Notes under the pieces: model-generated | What the model was told of the DNA's origin: nothing | Seen by the model: only the letters and a program-made list of their open reading frames with translations | Databases searched by the model: none | Translations under genes and position numbers: made by a program | In this document: positions 31,703-42,906 of the stretch, piece by piece | How the letters are laid out: every line of letters starts with the position of its first letter | Position numbering within the stretch: the stretch's first letter is position 1 | From: an uncultured Alphaproteobacteria bacterium | Lineage (GTDB): Bacteria > Pseudomonadota > Alphaproteobacteria > Rhizobiales > Xanthobacteraceae | Assembly: GCA_963829395.1 (NCBI GenBank) | Contig: CAWHHX010000002.1 | Location: 599,779 to 663,778, forward strand | Length of the DNA stretch: 64,000 bases | Reading direction: 5' to 3'

Positions 31703-32704
31703 TCAGTCTGACAGGCCGTTTTCGCGCGCCAGGTCCCTGAGCGATGTCTCCGGACGGGCGCCCAGATGTTGGATCACCTCGGCAGCCGCCAGCGCGCCGA
31801 GCCGGCCGCAGGTGCGGTCATCGGCGCCGCGCGCCAGACCCGAAAGGAAGCCGGCGGCGAACAGATCGCCGGCGCCGGTCGTATCGACCACGCGCTCGAC
31901 GGGAAACGCCGGCACCGCTTCGGTCCCCTCCGGGCCGATCACCAGGCAGCCCTTTTCGCTCCGCGTCACCACCGCGGTGCCGACATCGGCGCGCAACGCC
32001 TTGACCGCCGTGTCGAAGTCGGACGTTTGATAGAGGCTGTGCAGCTCGGCCTCGTTGGCGAAGATGAGATCGACGGTGTGCGAGCGCATCAGGTGCAGGA
32101 ACTCGGCGCGCCAGCGATCGACGCAGAACGCGTCCGACAAGGTCAGCGCCACGGTGCGCTCGGCCTCGTGCGCGATTTGCGCCGCCTTGAGGAACGCATC
32201 CTTGGCGTTCTTCGGATCCCACAGATAGCCTTCCAGATAGAGCACCGCGCTGGCGGCGACCATGTCGGCGTCGATGTCGGCCGGATGCAGATCCTGCGCA
32301 GCGCCGAGATAGGTGTTCATGGTGCGCTCGCCGTCCGGCGTCACCAGCACGTAACAGCGCGCGGTCGATGGTCCGTCCGCCGCCGGCGGCGTGCCAAAGG
32401 CCACGCCGGCGGCGCGGATGTCATGGGTAAAGGCGCGGCCGAGCACGTCGTCTTTGACCTTGCCGATGAAGGCCGAACGCGAGCCCAGCGACGCCAGGCC
32501 GACGATCGTATTCGCCGCCGAGCCGCCGGACGTTTCGATCGCCGGACCCATGGCGTCGTAGATCGCTTGCGCGCGCGGCTCGTCGATCAGCGCCATCGTG
32601 CCCTTGTGCATGCCCTGCTTGAGCAAAAAATCTTCCTCGGTTCGCGCAATCACGTCGACGATTGCATTGCCGATGCCGAGAACGTCGTACTGGGTCGATG
32701 GCAT
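31703..32704 (-). CDS. adenosine kinase (PfkB family carbohydrate kinase)
   Basis: Track ORF 31703..32743. ATG 32704 gives [18 protein letters not shown].... It has a PfkB GG motif (SGGSAANT) and the C-terminal [14 protein letters not shown] signature. Alternative start at 32743. Confidence 0.8.
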   Translation of the reverse strand: MPSTQYDVLGIGNAIVDVIARTEEDFLLKQGMHKGTMALIDEPRAQAIYDAMGPAIETSGGSAANTIVGLASLGSRSAFIGKVKDDVLGRAFTHDIRAAGVAFGTPPAADGPSTARCYVLVTPDGERTMNTYLGAAQDLHPADIDADMVAASAVLYLEGYLWDPKNAKDAFLKAAQIAHEAERTVALTLSDAFCVDRWRAEFLHLMRSHTVDLIFANEAELHSLYQTSDFDTAVKALRADVGTAVVTRSEKGCLVIGPEGTEAVPAFPVERVVDTTGAGDLFAAGFLSGLARGADDRTCGRLGALAAAEVIQHLGARPETSLRDLARENGLSD

Positions 32705-32873
32705 ATTTTTAGACTTCAGAACAATCTCTTCACGGAGACTCATCTCTTCAGGGAGACCTTGGCGGGAGGCGCACTATAACCGCCACCTCTTGCAGGGCAA
32801 GGCGCGGACGTGTCATGGGGACGCCGCGAGCGGCGCCATGGTACACGGCGCCCACTTTTCGCGGAGACCGTGC

Positions 32874-33908
32874 ATGCCATTCCAGGAGCGGGTTTTTTCG
32901 GGGGTGCAGCCCACCGGCAACTTGCACCTCGGCAATTATCTCGGCGCGATCAAGCGCTTTGTCGAGCTGCAGAACCGTTATGACTGCATTTATTGCGTCG
33001 TCGACATGCACGCGATCACGGTGTGGCAGGATCCCGCCGAGCTGCCGCAAGCGACGCGCGAAGTCACCGCGGCGTTCATCGCCTGTGGGATCGATCCCGC
33101 CAAGCACATCGTCTTCAACCAGAGCCAGGTCGCCGAGCACGCCGAGCTCGCCTGGGTGTTCAACTGCGTCGCCCGGCTGGGTTGGCTCAACCGGATGACG
33201 CAGTTCAAGGAAAAGGCCGGCAAGGACCGGGAGAACGCTTCCGTCGGCCTCTACGCCTATCCGGCCCTGATGGCCGCCGACATTCTGGTCTATCGCGCCA
33301 CCCACGTGCCGGTCGGCGAAGATCAGAAACAGCATCTCGAGCTGTCGCGCGACATTGCGCAAAAGTTCAACAACGATTTCGCCCACTCGATCCACGAGCA
33401 CGGCTATGGCGAGAGCTTCTTTCCGCTGCCGGAGCCGTTGATCACCGGCGAGGCGACGCGCGTCATGTCGCTGCGCGACGGCTCAAAAAAAATGTCGAAG
33501 TCGGACGCGTCGGATTATTCCCGCATCAATCTCACCGACGACGCCGATTCGATCGCGCAGAAAATCCGCAAGGCCAAGACCGATCCGGAACCGCTGCCGA
33601 GCGAGGAAGCGGGACTCAAGACCCGGCCGGAGGCGGACAATCTGGTCGGCATTTACGCTGCGCTCGAAGGCACCACGCGCGCCGGCGTGCTCGGCCAATT
33701 CGGCAATGCGCAATTCTCCACCTTCAAGTCGGCGCTGGTCGATCTCTCGGTCGCCAAGCTCGGCCCGATCGGCGCCGAGATGAAACGGCTGCTGCGCGAT
33801 CCGGTGACGATCGATTCAATCCTGGCCGGCGGCTCGGCGCGCGCCCAAAAGCTTGCCGGCGAAACCATGAAGGCGGTGAAAGATATCGTCGGCTTCGTGC
33901 GCGCGTAG
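32874..33908 (+). CDS. trpS: tryptophan--tRNA ligase
   Basis: This is the inner part of track ORF 32598..33908. ATG 32874 gives [25 protein letters not shown] (HIGH-type motif), with KMSKS at ...GSKKMSKSD. Confidence 0.95.
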   Translation: MPFQERVFSGVQPTGNLHLGNYLGAIKRFVELQNRYDCIYCVVDMHAITVWQDPAELPQATREVTAAFIACGIDPAKHIVFNQSQVAEHAELAWVFNCVARLGWLNRMTQFKEKAGKDRENASVGLYAYPALMAADILVYRATHVPVGEDQKQHLELSRDIAQKFNNDFAHSIHEHGYGESFFPLPEPLITGEATRVMSLRDGSKKMSKSDASDYSRINLTDDADSIAQKIRKAKTDPEPLPSEEAGLKTRPEADNLVGIYAALEGTTRAGVLGQFGNAQFSTFKSALVDLSVAKLGPIGAEMKRLLRDPVTIDSILAGGSARAQKLAGETMKAVKDIVGFVRA

Positions 33909-34046
33909 CAAGCGCGTCGTCCGCGGTTTTATTTTGTGCAGTGCATTCTCAGCCAAGCTTGTCTGTTTTAGACCGGCTTGTCCGACGACATGGCGTCATG
34001 GCAGCATGAAGCGCTTGTGGCGTGTTGGTCGTGCCGGGGAGATTGC

Positions 34047-34544
34047 ATGTCGCGCAGGCGCCGCAGCTACGAGGCCGGTCATAAGCCGAAGCTGCTCGTC
34101 GTCGTCGACGATACCGCGGAATGCGATCGCGCCGTCTACTTCGCCAGCCGGCGGGCGGCGCGCATCGGCGGCAACGTGGTCATGCTGCAGGTGATCGAAA
34201 CCCACGACCAGAGCCAGCAATGGCTCGGCGTCGCCGAGGTCATGCGGGCCGAGGCTCGTGACGAGGCTGACGCGCAGCTCGCCAAATACGCCGCCCGCGC
34301 CGGCGGCATTGCCGGCATCACGCCCGAACGCGCCGTGCGCGAGGGCGAGAAGGCGGAAGAAATCCTCAAGCTGATCGATGAGGACGAAGACATATTCATT
34401 CTGGTGCTCGCCGCCGGCACGAGCTCGGAGGGGCCGGGCCCGCTGGTCGCCACCATCGGCCGCACCGCCGGCGATTATCCCATTCCGGTCGCCATCGTGC
34501 CCGGGCACCTGACCGACGAAGAAATCGATGCGCTGTCGGGGTAG
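34047..34544 (+). CDS. universal stress protein family protein
   Basis: Track ORF 33978..34544. ATG 34047 follows GGGGAG. The Usp pattern is KLLVVVDDT.E...A...A...A...G..V.LL.V, followed by ...LVLAAG......GPLV.......PIPVAIVPG. Confidence 0.7.
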   Translation: MSRRRRSYEAGHKPKLLVVVDDTAECDRAVYFASRRAARIGGNVVMLQVIETHDQSQQWLGVAEVMRAEARDEADAQLAKYAARAGGIAGITPERAVREGEKAEEILKLIDEDEDIFILVLAAGTSSEGPGPLVATIGRTAGDYPIPVAIVPGHLTDEEIDALSG

Positions 34545-34654
34545 CTGCGTACGCTGCTCTTGAAGTTCCAGCGGAATTCGCCACGTATTGGACGAGATTG
34601 ACGTGAGTCACTGCGTCGCCCTATGAGTGGCGCCAGCTGACGGAGGGATACCCG

Positions 34655-35215
34655 ATGTTTATCCAGACCGAAGCGACGCCAAACCCGGCAACCTTGAAAT
34701 TCCTGCCCGGCCGCGCCGTGCTCGAAAGCGGAACACTCGACCTGCGCGACCCGGAAGCGGCGGCGCAGTCGCCGCTGGCCGAACGGCTGTTCGCGGTGAA
34801 TGGCGTCAATGGCGTGTTTTTCGGCTCCGATTTTATCGCGGTGACCAAGGAGGATGGCGGCGAGTGGCAGCAACTCAAGCCGATGATCCTTGGCGCCATC
34901 ATGGAACACTTTATGTCCGGGGCGCCGCTCCTCAACACCGGGAGCGCCGAACAGGGCGATGCCGACGAGTTCTTCGAGGCGGCCGACGCCGAGACCGTCG
35001 CCACCATCAAGGAACTGATCGAGACGCGGGTGCGGCCGGCGGTCGCCAATGACGGCGGCGACATCACGTTCAAGGGCTTCAAGGACGGCGTCGTCTATCT
35101 CAACATGAAAGGCGCGTGCGCCGGTTGCCCATCATCGACCGCGACGCTCCGGCACGGCATCCAGAATCTGTTGCGTCATTTCATTCCCGATGTGACCGAA
35201 GTCCGGCCGATGTAA
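34655..35215 (+). CDS. NifU family Fe-S cluster assembly protein (Nfu_N plus NifU C-terminal domain)
   Basis: 186 aa. Sequence MFIQTEATPNPATLKFLPG..., with the C-terminal CxxC motif (GACAGCPSS) inside VRPAVANDGGDITFKGFKDGVVYLNMKGAC. Confidence 0.85.
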   Translation: MFIQTEATPNPATLKFLPGRAVLESGTLDLRDPEAAAQSPLAERLFAVNGVNGVFFGSDFIAVTKEDGGEWQQLKPMILGAIMEHFMSGAPLLNTGSAEQGDADEFFEAADAETVATIKELIETRVRPAVANDGGDITFKGFKDGVVYLNMKGACAGCPSSTATLRHGIQNLLRHFIPDVTEVRPM

Positions 35216-35254
35216 TGCGGCGCTCGACCCGAGCGCTTGCCGGCATGATCGATT

Positions 35255-35938
35255 ATGCGTCTGCTCGCCATTGATACGGCGCTGGCGGCCTGTTCGGCGG
35301 CCGTGCTCGACACCGAGCGTGGCGGCATCGTCGCGAGCGAAAGCCTGCCGATGGTCCGCGGCCACGCCGAAGCGCTGATGCCGCTGGTGCAGCGGGTAAT
35401 GACCCAGGCGCGCGTCGCATTTTCCGATATCGACCGCATCGCCGTGACCACGGGGCCCGGCAGCTTCACCGGCTTGCGGGTCGGCATCGCTGCCGCGCGC
35501 GGCATTGCGCTCGCGGCCGACAAGCCGGCCGTGGGTTTGTCGACGCTGTCGGCCTATGCGGCGCCGCACATGGCGGCCGATGCGGGGCTTCCGGTCGTCG
35601 CCGCGATCGATGCGCGGCACGGTCATGTTTATTTGCAGGTATTTACGCCGGGCGGCCGCACATTCATGGCGCCACGGCTGGCGCCGTTGCGCGAAGCGGT
35701 ACAAGCGGCGGCGGCGACGCCGTCTTGTATCGTCGGCTCGGCCGCACACGCGGTTGCCGCCGCGTTGTCCGGCGACGACGCGGCGCCGGCGGCGGTGGAT
35801 GCGCGCGCCGCGCCCGATATTGCCTGGGTGGCACGCATGGGCGCCGTCGTGCCGGAAGATCAATCGCCGTTGAAGCCGCAATATCTGCGCGCACCGGATG
35901 CGCAGCCGCAAAACGCCGCGCAGCTGCCGCGCCGATGA
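35255..35938 (+). CDS. tsaB: tRNA threonylcarbamoyladenosine biosynthesis protein TsaB
   Basis: 227 aa. Sequence MRLLAIDTALAACSAAV......HAEALMPLV......DIDRIAVTTGPGSFTGLRVGIAAARGIALA. It overlaps rimI by ATGA. Confidence 0.85.
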   Translation: MRLLAIDTALAACSAAVLDTERGGIVASESLPMVRGHAEALMPLVQRVMTQARVAFSDIDRIAVTTGPGSFTGLRVGIAAARGIALAADKPAVGLSTLSAYAAPHMAADAGLPVVAAIDARHGHVYLQVFTPGGRTFMAPRLAPLREAVQAAAATPSCIVGSAAHAVAAALSGDDAAPAAVDARAAPDIAWVARMGAVVPEDQSPLKPQYLRAPDAQPQNAAQLPRR

Positions 35939-36408
35939 TGAACTTCGTCGCACGGCTGATGGGTCGGACCCAACCGTCCATCGCGGAGGCGCGCGACCGT
36001 GACGCCGCCACGATCGCGCAATTGCACGCGGCATCGTTCCAGCGCGGCTGGGGCGAGGAGGAGTTTCACCGGCTCTTGATCGATCGCCATGTCGTCGGTC
36101 ATCGCGCGATGGTCGGCGCAACTTTGGTCGGGTTCATCCTCTCCCGTCTGGCTGCGGGCGAGGCGGAGATCCTGTCGGTTGCCATCGCACCGGGCTGGCG
36201 TGGCCGCGGTTTCGCCCGCCCGCTGCTGGATTTGCATCTGCGGCGCCTGGCCGGGCTCGGCGCCCGCGCCGTGTTTCTTGAGGTCGGCGAAACTAATACG
36301 CCCGCCGGCCGGCTTTACCGGAGGGCCGGATTTTACGAGGTCGGCCGGCGCCAGGGCTATTATGACGGCGGCGCGACGGCTTTGGTCCTGCGCCGCGACC
36401 TTGGCTGA
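35935..36408 (+). CDS. rimI: ribosomal protein S18-alanine N-acetyltransferase
   Basis: This is the inner part of track ORF 35725..36408. ATG 35935 overlaps the tsaB stop. GNAT motifs: EILSVAIAPGWRGRGFARPLL, FLEVGETNTPAGRLYRRAGF. The tsaB-rimI pairing is conserved. Confidence 0.8.
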   Translation: MMNFVARLMGRTQPSIAEARDRDAATIAQLHAASFQRGWGEEEFHRLLIDRHVVGHRAMVGATLVGFILSRLAAGEAEILSVAIAPGWRGRGFARPLLDLHLRRLAGLGARAVFLEVGETNTPAGRLYRRAGFYEVGRRQGYYDGGATALVLRRDLG

Positions 36409-36490
36409 CGTTCGGGCCCAAAAGCGATATGATCCCGTTACAGAATAGCGTCACAAGGAAGCGACCGAGAAAGGCTCAGATTCGACCGGA

Positions 36491-37867
36491 ATGACAGGTT
36501 CCCGCAAGCTCTACGTCAAATCTTTCGGCTGCCAGATGAACGTCTACGACTCACAGCGTATGGCGGACACGCTGGCGCCGCAGGGCTATGCCGAGACCGG
36601 CACCGCCGACGACGCCGATCTCATTATTCTCAACACCTGCCATATCCGCGAGAAGGCGGCCGAAAAGGTCTATTCCGAGCTCGGCCGCATGCGCGTTTTG
36701 AAAGAAGCGGCTGCCGGGAACGGCCGCGACGTCCTCATCGCCGTTGCCGGCTGCGTCGCCCAGGCCGAAGGCGGTGAGATCATCCGCCGGGCGCCGGCAG
36801 TCGATCTGGTCGTCGGATCGCAGAATTACCATCGCCTGCCCGATCTGATCGCGCGCGCCGCGCGTGACGGCAAGGCGGTCGATACCGAGTTTCCGGTCGG
36901 CGACAAGTTCGATCATCTCGCCGCGCCGAGCCGCGCCGCGATGCGCGCGCGCGGCGTCGCCGCCTTCGTTACGGTGCAAGAAGGCTGCGACAAATTCTGC
37001 ACGTTTTGCGTGGTGCCTTACACACGCGGGGCGGAAATCTCCCGCCCGGTCGACAAGATCGCCGCCGAGGTGGCGCGGCTTGCCGACGCCGGCGTTCGCG
37101 AAGTCACGCTCATCGGGCAGAACGTCAACGCCTATCACGGCGACGGGCCGCACGGTCGAGCGTGGTCGCTGGCGCAACTGCTCGAGCGGCTCGCAGGACT
37201 GCCCGGCATCGAGCGGCTTCGCTACACGACCAGCCATCCGCTCGACATGGCGGACGATTTGATCGAAGCACATCGCGATCTGCCGGCGCTGATGCCGCAG
37301 TTGCATCTGCCGATCCAATCGGGCTCCGACCGCATCCTCGCCGCCATGAACCGGCGGCACACGCGCGCCGACTATGTCGCGGTCGTTGCGCGGCTCCTCG
37401 AGACACGGCCCGATCTGGCGCTGACGTCCGATTTCATTGTTGGTTTCCCGGGAGAAACCGAACAGGATTTCGCCGAGACGCTCAACTTGATCGACGAAAT
37501 CGGTTTTTCCGGCGCCTTCTCCTTCAAATACTCGCCGCGGCCCGGCACGCCCGGCGCCGACATGGCCGATCAAGTCGCCGAAGCGGCCAAATCGGAGCGC
37601 TTGCAGCGGCTGCAACAGGCGATCGACCGCAACCAAGCGCGTTTCAACCGCAGCTGCGTCGGCCGCACCATCTCGGTGCTGTTCGAACGGCCGGGCCGGC
37701 ACAACGGCCAGATTGTCGGCCGCTCACCCTATCTGCAGCCGGTGCAGATCGATGCGCCGCCGTCGCTGATCGGGGAAATCGCCACCGTGACCATCACCGA
37801 CGTCGCCAGCAACAGTCTGTTCGGCGCGCTGACGCAAGAGCCGGCACTCGCCGGCGCCGGAGCCTGA
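36491..37867 (+). CDS. miaB: tRNA (N6-isopentenyladenosine-37-C2)-methylthiotransferase MiaB
   Basis: 458 aa. Sequence [16 protein letters not shown] (UPF0004 domain), a radical-SAM CxxxCxxC ([18 protein letters not shown]) and a TRAM tail. Confidence 0.95.
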   Translation: MTGSRKLYVKSFGCQMNVYDSQRMADTLAPQGYAETGTADDADLIILNTCHIREKAAEKVYSELGRMRVLKEAAAGNGRDVLIAVAGCVAQAEGGEIIRRAPAVDLVVGSQNYHRLPDLIARAARDGKAVDTEFPVGDKFDHLAAPSRAAMRARGVAAFVTVQEGCDKFCTFCVVPYTRGAEISRPVDKIAAEVARLADAGVREVTLIGQNVNAYHGDGPHGRAWSLAQLLERLAGLPGIERLRYTTSHPLDMADDLIEAHRDLPALMPQLHLPIQSGSDRILAAMNRRHTRADYVAVVARLLETRPDLALTSDFIVGFPGETEQDFAETLNLIDEIGFSGAFSFKYSPRPGTPGADMADQVAEAAKSERLQRLQQAIDRNQARFNRSCVGRTISVLFERPGRHNGQIVGRSPYLQPVQIDAPPSLIGEIATVTITDVASNSLFGALTQEPALAGAGA

Positions 37868-38914
37868 ATGCGCAAACCTGATCCTACCGTTCCACTGACA
37901 GCGGACGCGGCATCTCTGGTCGCGGAAGCCAATGGTCCCACCCAGGTCATTTTGACGTTCGACGACAATCGGCTCGCTTCGGCGCTGTTCGGCCAATACG
38001 GCCAGAACCTCGCCTTGATCGAACGGCGTCTTGGCGTGGTTGCGACCTCGCGCGGCAATCATGTCACGCTGGAAGGCTCGCGCGAGGCCAGCGAGCAGGC
38101 CCGCAGAGTCCTCGAAAGCCTCTATCAGCGTCTCAAGAGCGGCGACGAATTGGTGCAGGGCGACGTCGACGGCACCATCCGGCTGACCCTGTCGCAGGGT
38201 TCGCTGTTCGATTTCGATCCCGCCGCTGCGCGGGAGAATTTCGAGGAGATCAATCTGCGCAAGCGCCGCGTGCGCGCCCGCACGCCGGCGCAAGATGCCT
38301 ATGTTCGCGCACTCAAACGTCACGCCCTGGTGTTCTCGACCGGTCCGGCCGGCACCGGCAAGACCTGGCTTGCGGTCGCCAACGCGGTGCAATTGTTCGA
38401 GCGCAAGGAAGTCGATCGCATCGTGCTGTCGCGGCCTGCCGTCGAAGCCGGCGAGCGGCTCGGTTTTCTTCCCGGCGACATGCGCGAAAAGGTCGATCCT
38501 TATCTGCGGCCGATCTACGACGCGCTCTATGATTTGATGGATGCGCGCATCGTCGAGCGGGCGCTGCAGGCGACCGAGATCGAAATTGCGCCGCTCGCTT
38601 TCATGCGCGGCCGCACGCTGTCGAATGCGGCGATCATTCTCGACGAGGCACAGAATACCACTGCAATGCAGATGAAGATGCTGCTGACCCGGCTCGGCGA
38701 GAATAGCCGCATGGTGGTCACCGGCGATCCGAGCCAGGTCGACCTGCCGCCGGGCCAGACCTCCGGTCTTGCCGAAGCAGTGCGTCTGCTCGACGGCGTC
38801 GAAGGTATCGCGCACGTCACCTTCTCCGCCGCCGACGTCATCCGTCACGAACTCGTCGCCCGCATCGTCGAGGCCTATGACAAGGCGGCGGCGACCAGGC
38901 GCGAGCGGACGTGA
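37868..38914 (+). CDS. phoH: PhoH family ATPase (YbeZ-like)
   Basis: 348 aa. It has Walker A GPAGTGKTWLAV, LSRPAVEAGERLGFLPGD and FMRGRTL. It sits in the conserved miaB-phoH-ybeY-corC-lnt order. Confidence 0.9.
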   Translation: MRKPDPTVPLTADAASLVAEANGPTQVILTFDDNRLASALFGQYGQNLALIERRLGVVATSRGNHVTLEGSREASEQARRVLESLYQRLKSGDELVQGDVDGTIRLTLSQGSLFDFDPAAARENFEEINLRKRRVRARTPAQDAYVRALKRHALVFSTGPAGTGKTWLAVANAVQLFERKEVDRIVLSRPAVEAGERLGFLPGDMREKVDPYLRPIYDALYDLMDARIVERALQATEIEIAPLAFMRGRTLSNAAIILDEAQNTTAMQMKMLLTRLGENSRMVVTGDPSQVDLPPGQTSGLAEAVRLLDGVEGIAHVTFSAADVIRHELVARIVEAYDKAAATRRERT

Positions 38915-39411
38915 TGAGACCGGCGGCACGGAAGGCGCGAACGGCACTCAAGATCGATGTCATCGTCGAGTCCAATCTCTGGAAGCAGCACGACGACATC
39001 AAATCGGCAGTCCGGGGCGCCGTCACCAAGGCTGCCGCCGTGCTGTCAACACAGAGCTGCGAGCTTGCTATCGTGCTGACCGATGATTCGGCGATCCGTT
39101 TGCTCAACCGCGATTGGCGCGGCGTCGACGCGCCGACCAATGTTTTGTCGTTTCCGGCCGGCCGCGCCGGCGGTGCGCCGCCTTTCATCGGTGATATCGT
39201 GCTGGCCTACCAAACCATCGCCGGCGAGGCCAAAGCCGAGCGCAAGCTGCTCACCCATCATATTGCCCATCTTGCCGTGCACGGTTTCCTGCATCTTTTG
39301 GGGTACGACCACGTGCGCAAGAAGGACGCCGAGACGATGGAAGCGGTCGAGCGCGACGTTCTGCAACGGCTTGGCATCCCGGACCCCTACCCGCATCCGG
39401 CCAGGGTCTGA
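38911..39411 (+). CDS. ybeY: rRNA maturation RNase YbeY
   Basis: 166 aa with the zinc motif HLAVHGFLHLLGYDH. It overlaps the phoH stop by 4 nt. Confidence 0.9.
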   Translation: MMRPAARKARTALKIDVIVESNLWKQHDDIKSAVRGAVTKAAAVLSTQSCELAIVLTDDSAIRLLNRDWRGVDAPTNVLSFPAGRAGGAPPFIGDIVLAYQTIAGEAKAERKLLTHHIAHLAVHGFLHLLGYDHVRKKDAETMEAVERDVLQRLGIPDPYPHPARV

Positions 39412-39476
39412 CGCCGGCGGCCAAAAAAATATCGCCCGACCGCAACCATGACGACGAACCCATTCGCCATTGAACC

Positions 39477-40598
39477 ATGATCCACGAAGCCATGTCCCAA
39501 ACCCCGACCCGCACCCAACCGAACGAGACCGAACGGCCCGGCCTGCCGATGGTCCTGCCGGAGGCCGGCGAACTGCACGAGGGATGGCTCGGGCGCGTCA
39601 TGCGCATTCTGTTTGGTTGGAAGGCGGCGGCGACGCGCGCCGATCTCGAGCTGGTGCTGACCACCGAGCAACCGGAGTCCGGCTTCTCACCGACCGAAGC
39701 CGCGATGCTCAAAAATATTCTCGGCCTGCGCGAGTGCCGGATCGAGAGCGTGATGGTGACGCGCGCCGACATCGTCGCCGTGCAGCAAGACATTACCATC
39801 GGTGAACTCGTCAAGGTGTTCGCCGGCGCCGGCCACTCCCGGCTGGTCGTCTATAACGATACCCTCGACGATCCGGTCGGCATGGTCCACATTCGCGATC
39901 TCGTGGCCTTCATGGCCGCGCGCGCCGCGCTCGACCCGGCCGCCGCCGATGAGCAAAAGCAGCCGCCGGCGGCCGATCTCGATCTTGGCAAGTTCGATCT
40001 ATCGATGCCGTTGAAGGTGGCCAAGATCGTCCGCGAGATGCTCTATGCGCCACCGTCCATGCCGGCGCTTGATTTGCTCGCCAAGATGCAGGCGACCCGC
40101 ATTCACCTCGCTCTGATCATCGACGAATATGGCGGCAGCGACGGCCTGGTCTCGATCGAAGATCTGGTCGAGCTCATCGTCGGCGATATCGCCGACGAAC
40201 ATGACGAAGCGGAAATCGCCGCCGTCATGCGGCAGAGCGACGGCTCGTTCCTGGCCATCGGCCGCGCCAGCCTTGACGACGTGCGCGCCGTGATCGGCGA
40301 GGAGTTCGACGTCGGCGAAGCCGCACAAGAGGTCGACACGCTCGGCGGCTATCTGGTCATGCGTGCGGGCCACGTCCCAGTACGCGGTGAGCTGGTGCCG
40401 GGGCCGGCGACCTTCGAGGCCGAAGTGCTTGATGCCGATCCGCGGCGGGTCAAGCGGGTGAAAATCTATCGCAGCAAAGATCGCCGTCCCGGCGCGGCGC
40501 GCGAACTGCCGACACCGCTGCGGCCGCCGCAAGCGCGGCCGGCGCCGACGCGCGACGAGGCCGCCAAGCCGAACCCGAATTCTCCGCCGCCGCCGTGA
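39477..40598 (+). CDS. CBS-domain magnesium/cobalt efflux-type protein (CorC/TlyC family)
   Basis: 373 aa with a CBS pair (VMVTRADIVAV...HSRLVVYNDTLDDPVGMVHIRDL) and a CorC_HlyC C-terminal domain (TLGGYLVMRAGHVP..GE). Alternative start at 39492. Confidence 0.85.
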   Translation: MIHEAMSQTPTRTQPNETERPGLPMVLPEAGELHEGWLGRVMRILFGWKAAATRADLELVLTTEQPESGFSPTEAAMLKNILGLRECRIESVMVTRADIVAVQQDITIGELVKVFAGAGHSRLVVYNDTLDDPVGMVHIRDLVAFMAARAALDPAAADEQKQPPAADLDLGKFDLSMPLKVAKIVREMLYAPPSMPALDLLAKMQATRIHLALIIDEYGGSDGLVSIEDLVELIVGDIADEHDEAEIAAVMRQSDGSFLAIGRASLDDVRAVIGEEFDVGEAAQEVDTLGGYLVMRAGHVPVRGELVPGPATFEAEVLDADPRRVKRVKIYRSKDRRPGAARELPTPLRPPQARPAPTRDEAAKPNPNSPPPP

Positions 40599-42230
40599 AG
40601 CCGACGGCCCTGATCCACGCCATCGTCCTGTCCTACGGATGGCGGCGCTGGCTCATTGCCTTCGCCGCCGGTGCGCTTTCGGCCTTGGCCATGGCGCCGC
40701 TCAACGTCTGGCCGGTCCTGTTTCTGACTTTTCCGACTCTGGTCTGGCTGATTGACGGCGCCGGTGCCGGCCATTGGCGCGGCGTCAGCGGCGCGGCGGC
40801 GACCGGCTGGTGGTTCGGCTTCGGCTATTTTCTCGCCGGTCTCTATTGGGTCGGCTTCGCCTTCCTGGTCGATGCACCGACCTTCGGCTGGCTGTTGCCG
40901 ATCGCGGTGATCGGTCTGCCGGCCGGGCTCGCGATCTTCACCGGCTTTGGTGTCGCCGTGGCGCGGCTGTTATGGACGCGCGGAGCCACGCGCATCCTGG
41001 CGCTGGGCGTGGCGCTGACCGCCGCGGAATGGTTGCGCGGCCACCTGCTGACCGGTTTTCCATGGAACGCCTTCGGCTACGCCCTGACCTCGCCGCTCAT
41101 CCTGGCGCAGAGCGCCGCGGTGATCGGCATGTGGGGTCTGACTTTCATGGCCGTCGTGGTGTTTGCCAGTCCGGCGACGCTGGCGGACGATCCGGTTGAA
41201 CATCGCTTGCGCTGGCTGCCGCTCACGCTCGGCATCGTCGTTCTCGTCGGCATGGGCGCGTTTGGCGCAATCCGCCTCGCGCGCACGCCGACCCGGCTGG
41301 TCGATGGCGTGCAGCTGCGCATCATGCAGCCGAACCTGCAGCAGGATGTGCGCTTCAACTATGCCGCCAAGCGGCAGGTGATGGAGCGCTACATCGCGCT
41401 GTCGCAGCGCCCGTCCGCGGCGCAATCCGCCGGCAGCGGCGGCGTGACGCATCTCATCTGGCCGGAATCGGCGTTTCCATTTTTCCTGGCGCGCGAACCC
41501 GATGCGCTCGCCCAAATCGCCCAGCTGTTGCACGGCGGCGCCGTGCTGATCACCGGCGCGGTGCGGCTCGCCGAACCGGTCACGACCTCCGACATCGGCG
41601 TCTACAACTCGATCTATGTCATCGACCATGACGGCTCGCTCGATTCGATTTTACGACAAGACGCATCTGGTGCCGTTCGGCGAATATCTTCCGTTCCAGC
41701 GCGTCCTCGAACGTCTCGGCCTTCAGCAGCTCACCAAACAGCGCGGTGGTTTTCTTGCCGGCGACCGCCGCCGGCTTATTGCCGTGCCCGGCGCGCCGCA
41801 GGCGCTGCCGCTGATCTGCTACGAGATCATCTTTGCGGGCGAGATGATGCCTAAAGGCCCGCGGCCGGGCTGGATCGTCAATGTCACCAATGACGGCTGG
41901 TTCGGCATTTCGAGCGGCCCCTATCAGCATTTCCAGCAGGCGCGGGTGCGCGCGATCGAGCAAGGGCTGCCGCTGGTTCGCGCCGCGAACACCGGAATTT
42001 CCGCCGTCGTCGACCCGGTCGGCCGGATCGTTAATGCATTGCCGCTCGGCGCTGAGGGCGTGATCGATGCGCCGCTGCCGCGGCCGATCGGCGCCCCGGT
42101 TTATGCCCGGGTTGGCGATGTTCCGGCGGCCATGATCGTTGCGCTGGCGCTGCTCGCCCTCATTCGCCGCCGCCTGCAGCCGAGTGCGCTCAACAGCAAA
42201 CGCTTCCCGCGCGGCAAAAATCTATCCTGA
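40595..42230 (+). pseudogene. lnt: apolipoprotein N-acyltransferase, reading frame broken by one extra T in a T-run at about 41651
   Basis: Frame 1 (40595.., GTGA overlap with the corC stop) carries the multi-TM N-domain and the start of the nitrilase-like domain (LRIMQPNLQQ...LIWPESAFPF...YNSIYVIDHDGSLDSI). Track ORF 41616..42230 continues YDKTHLVPFGEYLPF...LICYEIIF...VNVTNDGWFG...ARVRAIEQGLPLVRAANTGISAVVD. Skipping T 41651 (TCG ATT [T] TAC GAC) gives 544 codons. Confidence 0.88.
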
Positions 42231-42489
42231 GACGCAACAGCGCAGTTGGGTGCCGGCACGGCCAAAAGACGCCGGACAACGACCATCGGATGTACTAGGT
42301 GAATGAGATTCAACTATTCCGGGTAAAAGGCGAAAATAAATCTCCCTCGTAATATTATGGCAAATTTTATTACTAAACATTCTTGCTGAAACACCATGAT
42401 AAAAAACCGTTCCTGCAAATAATCGTCCACCTCATATTTGATATCTAAAGCAATTACGGTAAATAGGATGGGCACAGGAGACCGGTTAA

Positions 42490-42906
42490 ATGATGGCCAA
42501 AAAGGCACCAAACCCCATCGACAAGCATGTCGGTAGCCGCGTTCGCATGCGCCGCATGATGCTGGGGATGAGCCAAGAGAAGCTTGGCAACAATCTTGGC
42601 CTGACATTTCAGCAGGTGCAAAAATACGAGAAGGGCACCAACCGTATCGGCGCCAGCCGGCTGCAGCAGATTTCGCAAATCTTGCAAGTGCCGGTTTCGT
42701 TTTTTTTCGAAGGCGCGCCGACTGTCGGTCCATCGATCCGCGTCGAAGGCATGAGCGAAGCGCCGTCGCCGGCTTACGTCTCCGACTTTCTCGCCACCTC
42801 CGACGGCTTGGCGCTCACCAAGGCCTTCATGCGCATCTCCGACTCCAAGTTGCGACGCCGCATCGTCGATCTGGTCGAGCAAATCTCGGTCTGCGACAAA
42901 CACTGA
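42490..42906 (+). CDS. XRE-family helix-turn-helix transcriptional regulator
   Basis: 138 aa. Sequence IDKHVGSRVRMRRMMLGMSQEKLGNNLGLTFQQVQKYEKGTNRIGASRLQQISQILQVPVSFFF. It occupies the conserved lnt-metK interval. Confidence 0.8.
   Translation: MMAKKAPNPIDKHVGSRVRMRRMMLGMSQEKLGNNLGLTFQQVQKYEKGTNRIGASRLQQISQILQVPVSFFFEGAPTVGPSIRVEGMSEAPSPAYVSDFLATSDGLALTKAFMRISDSKLRRRIVDLVEQISVCDKH

Noticed and set aside
42314-42733. 139-aa minus-strand ORF spanning the AT-rich tract and the 5' half of the XRE regulator gene.
   Set aside because: It overlaps the well-supported HTH gene in antisense, and its N-terminal part is a high-GC artefact frame. It has no motif and no start context.
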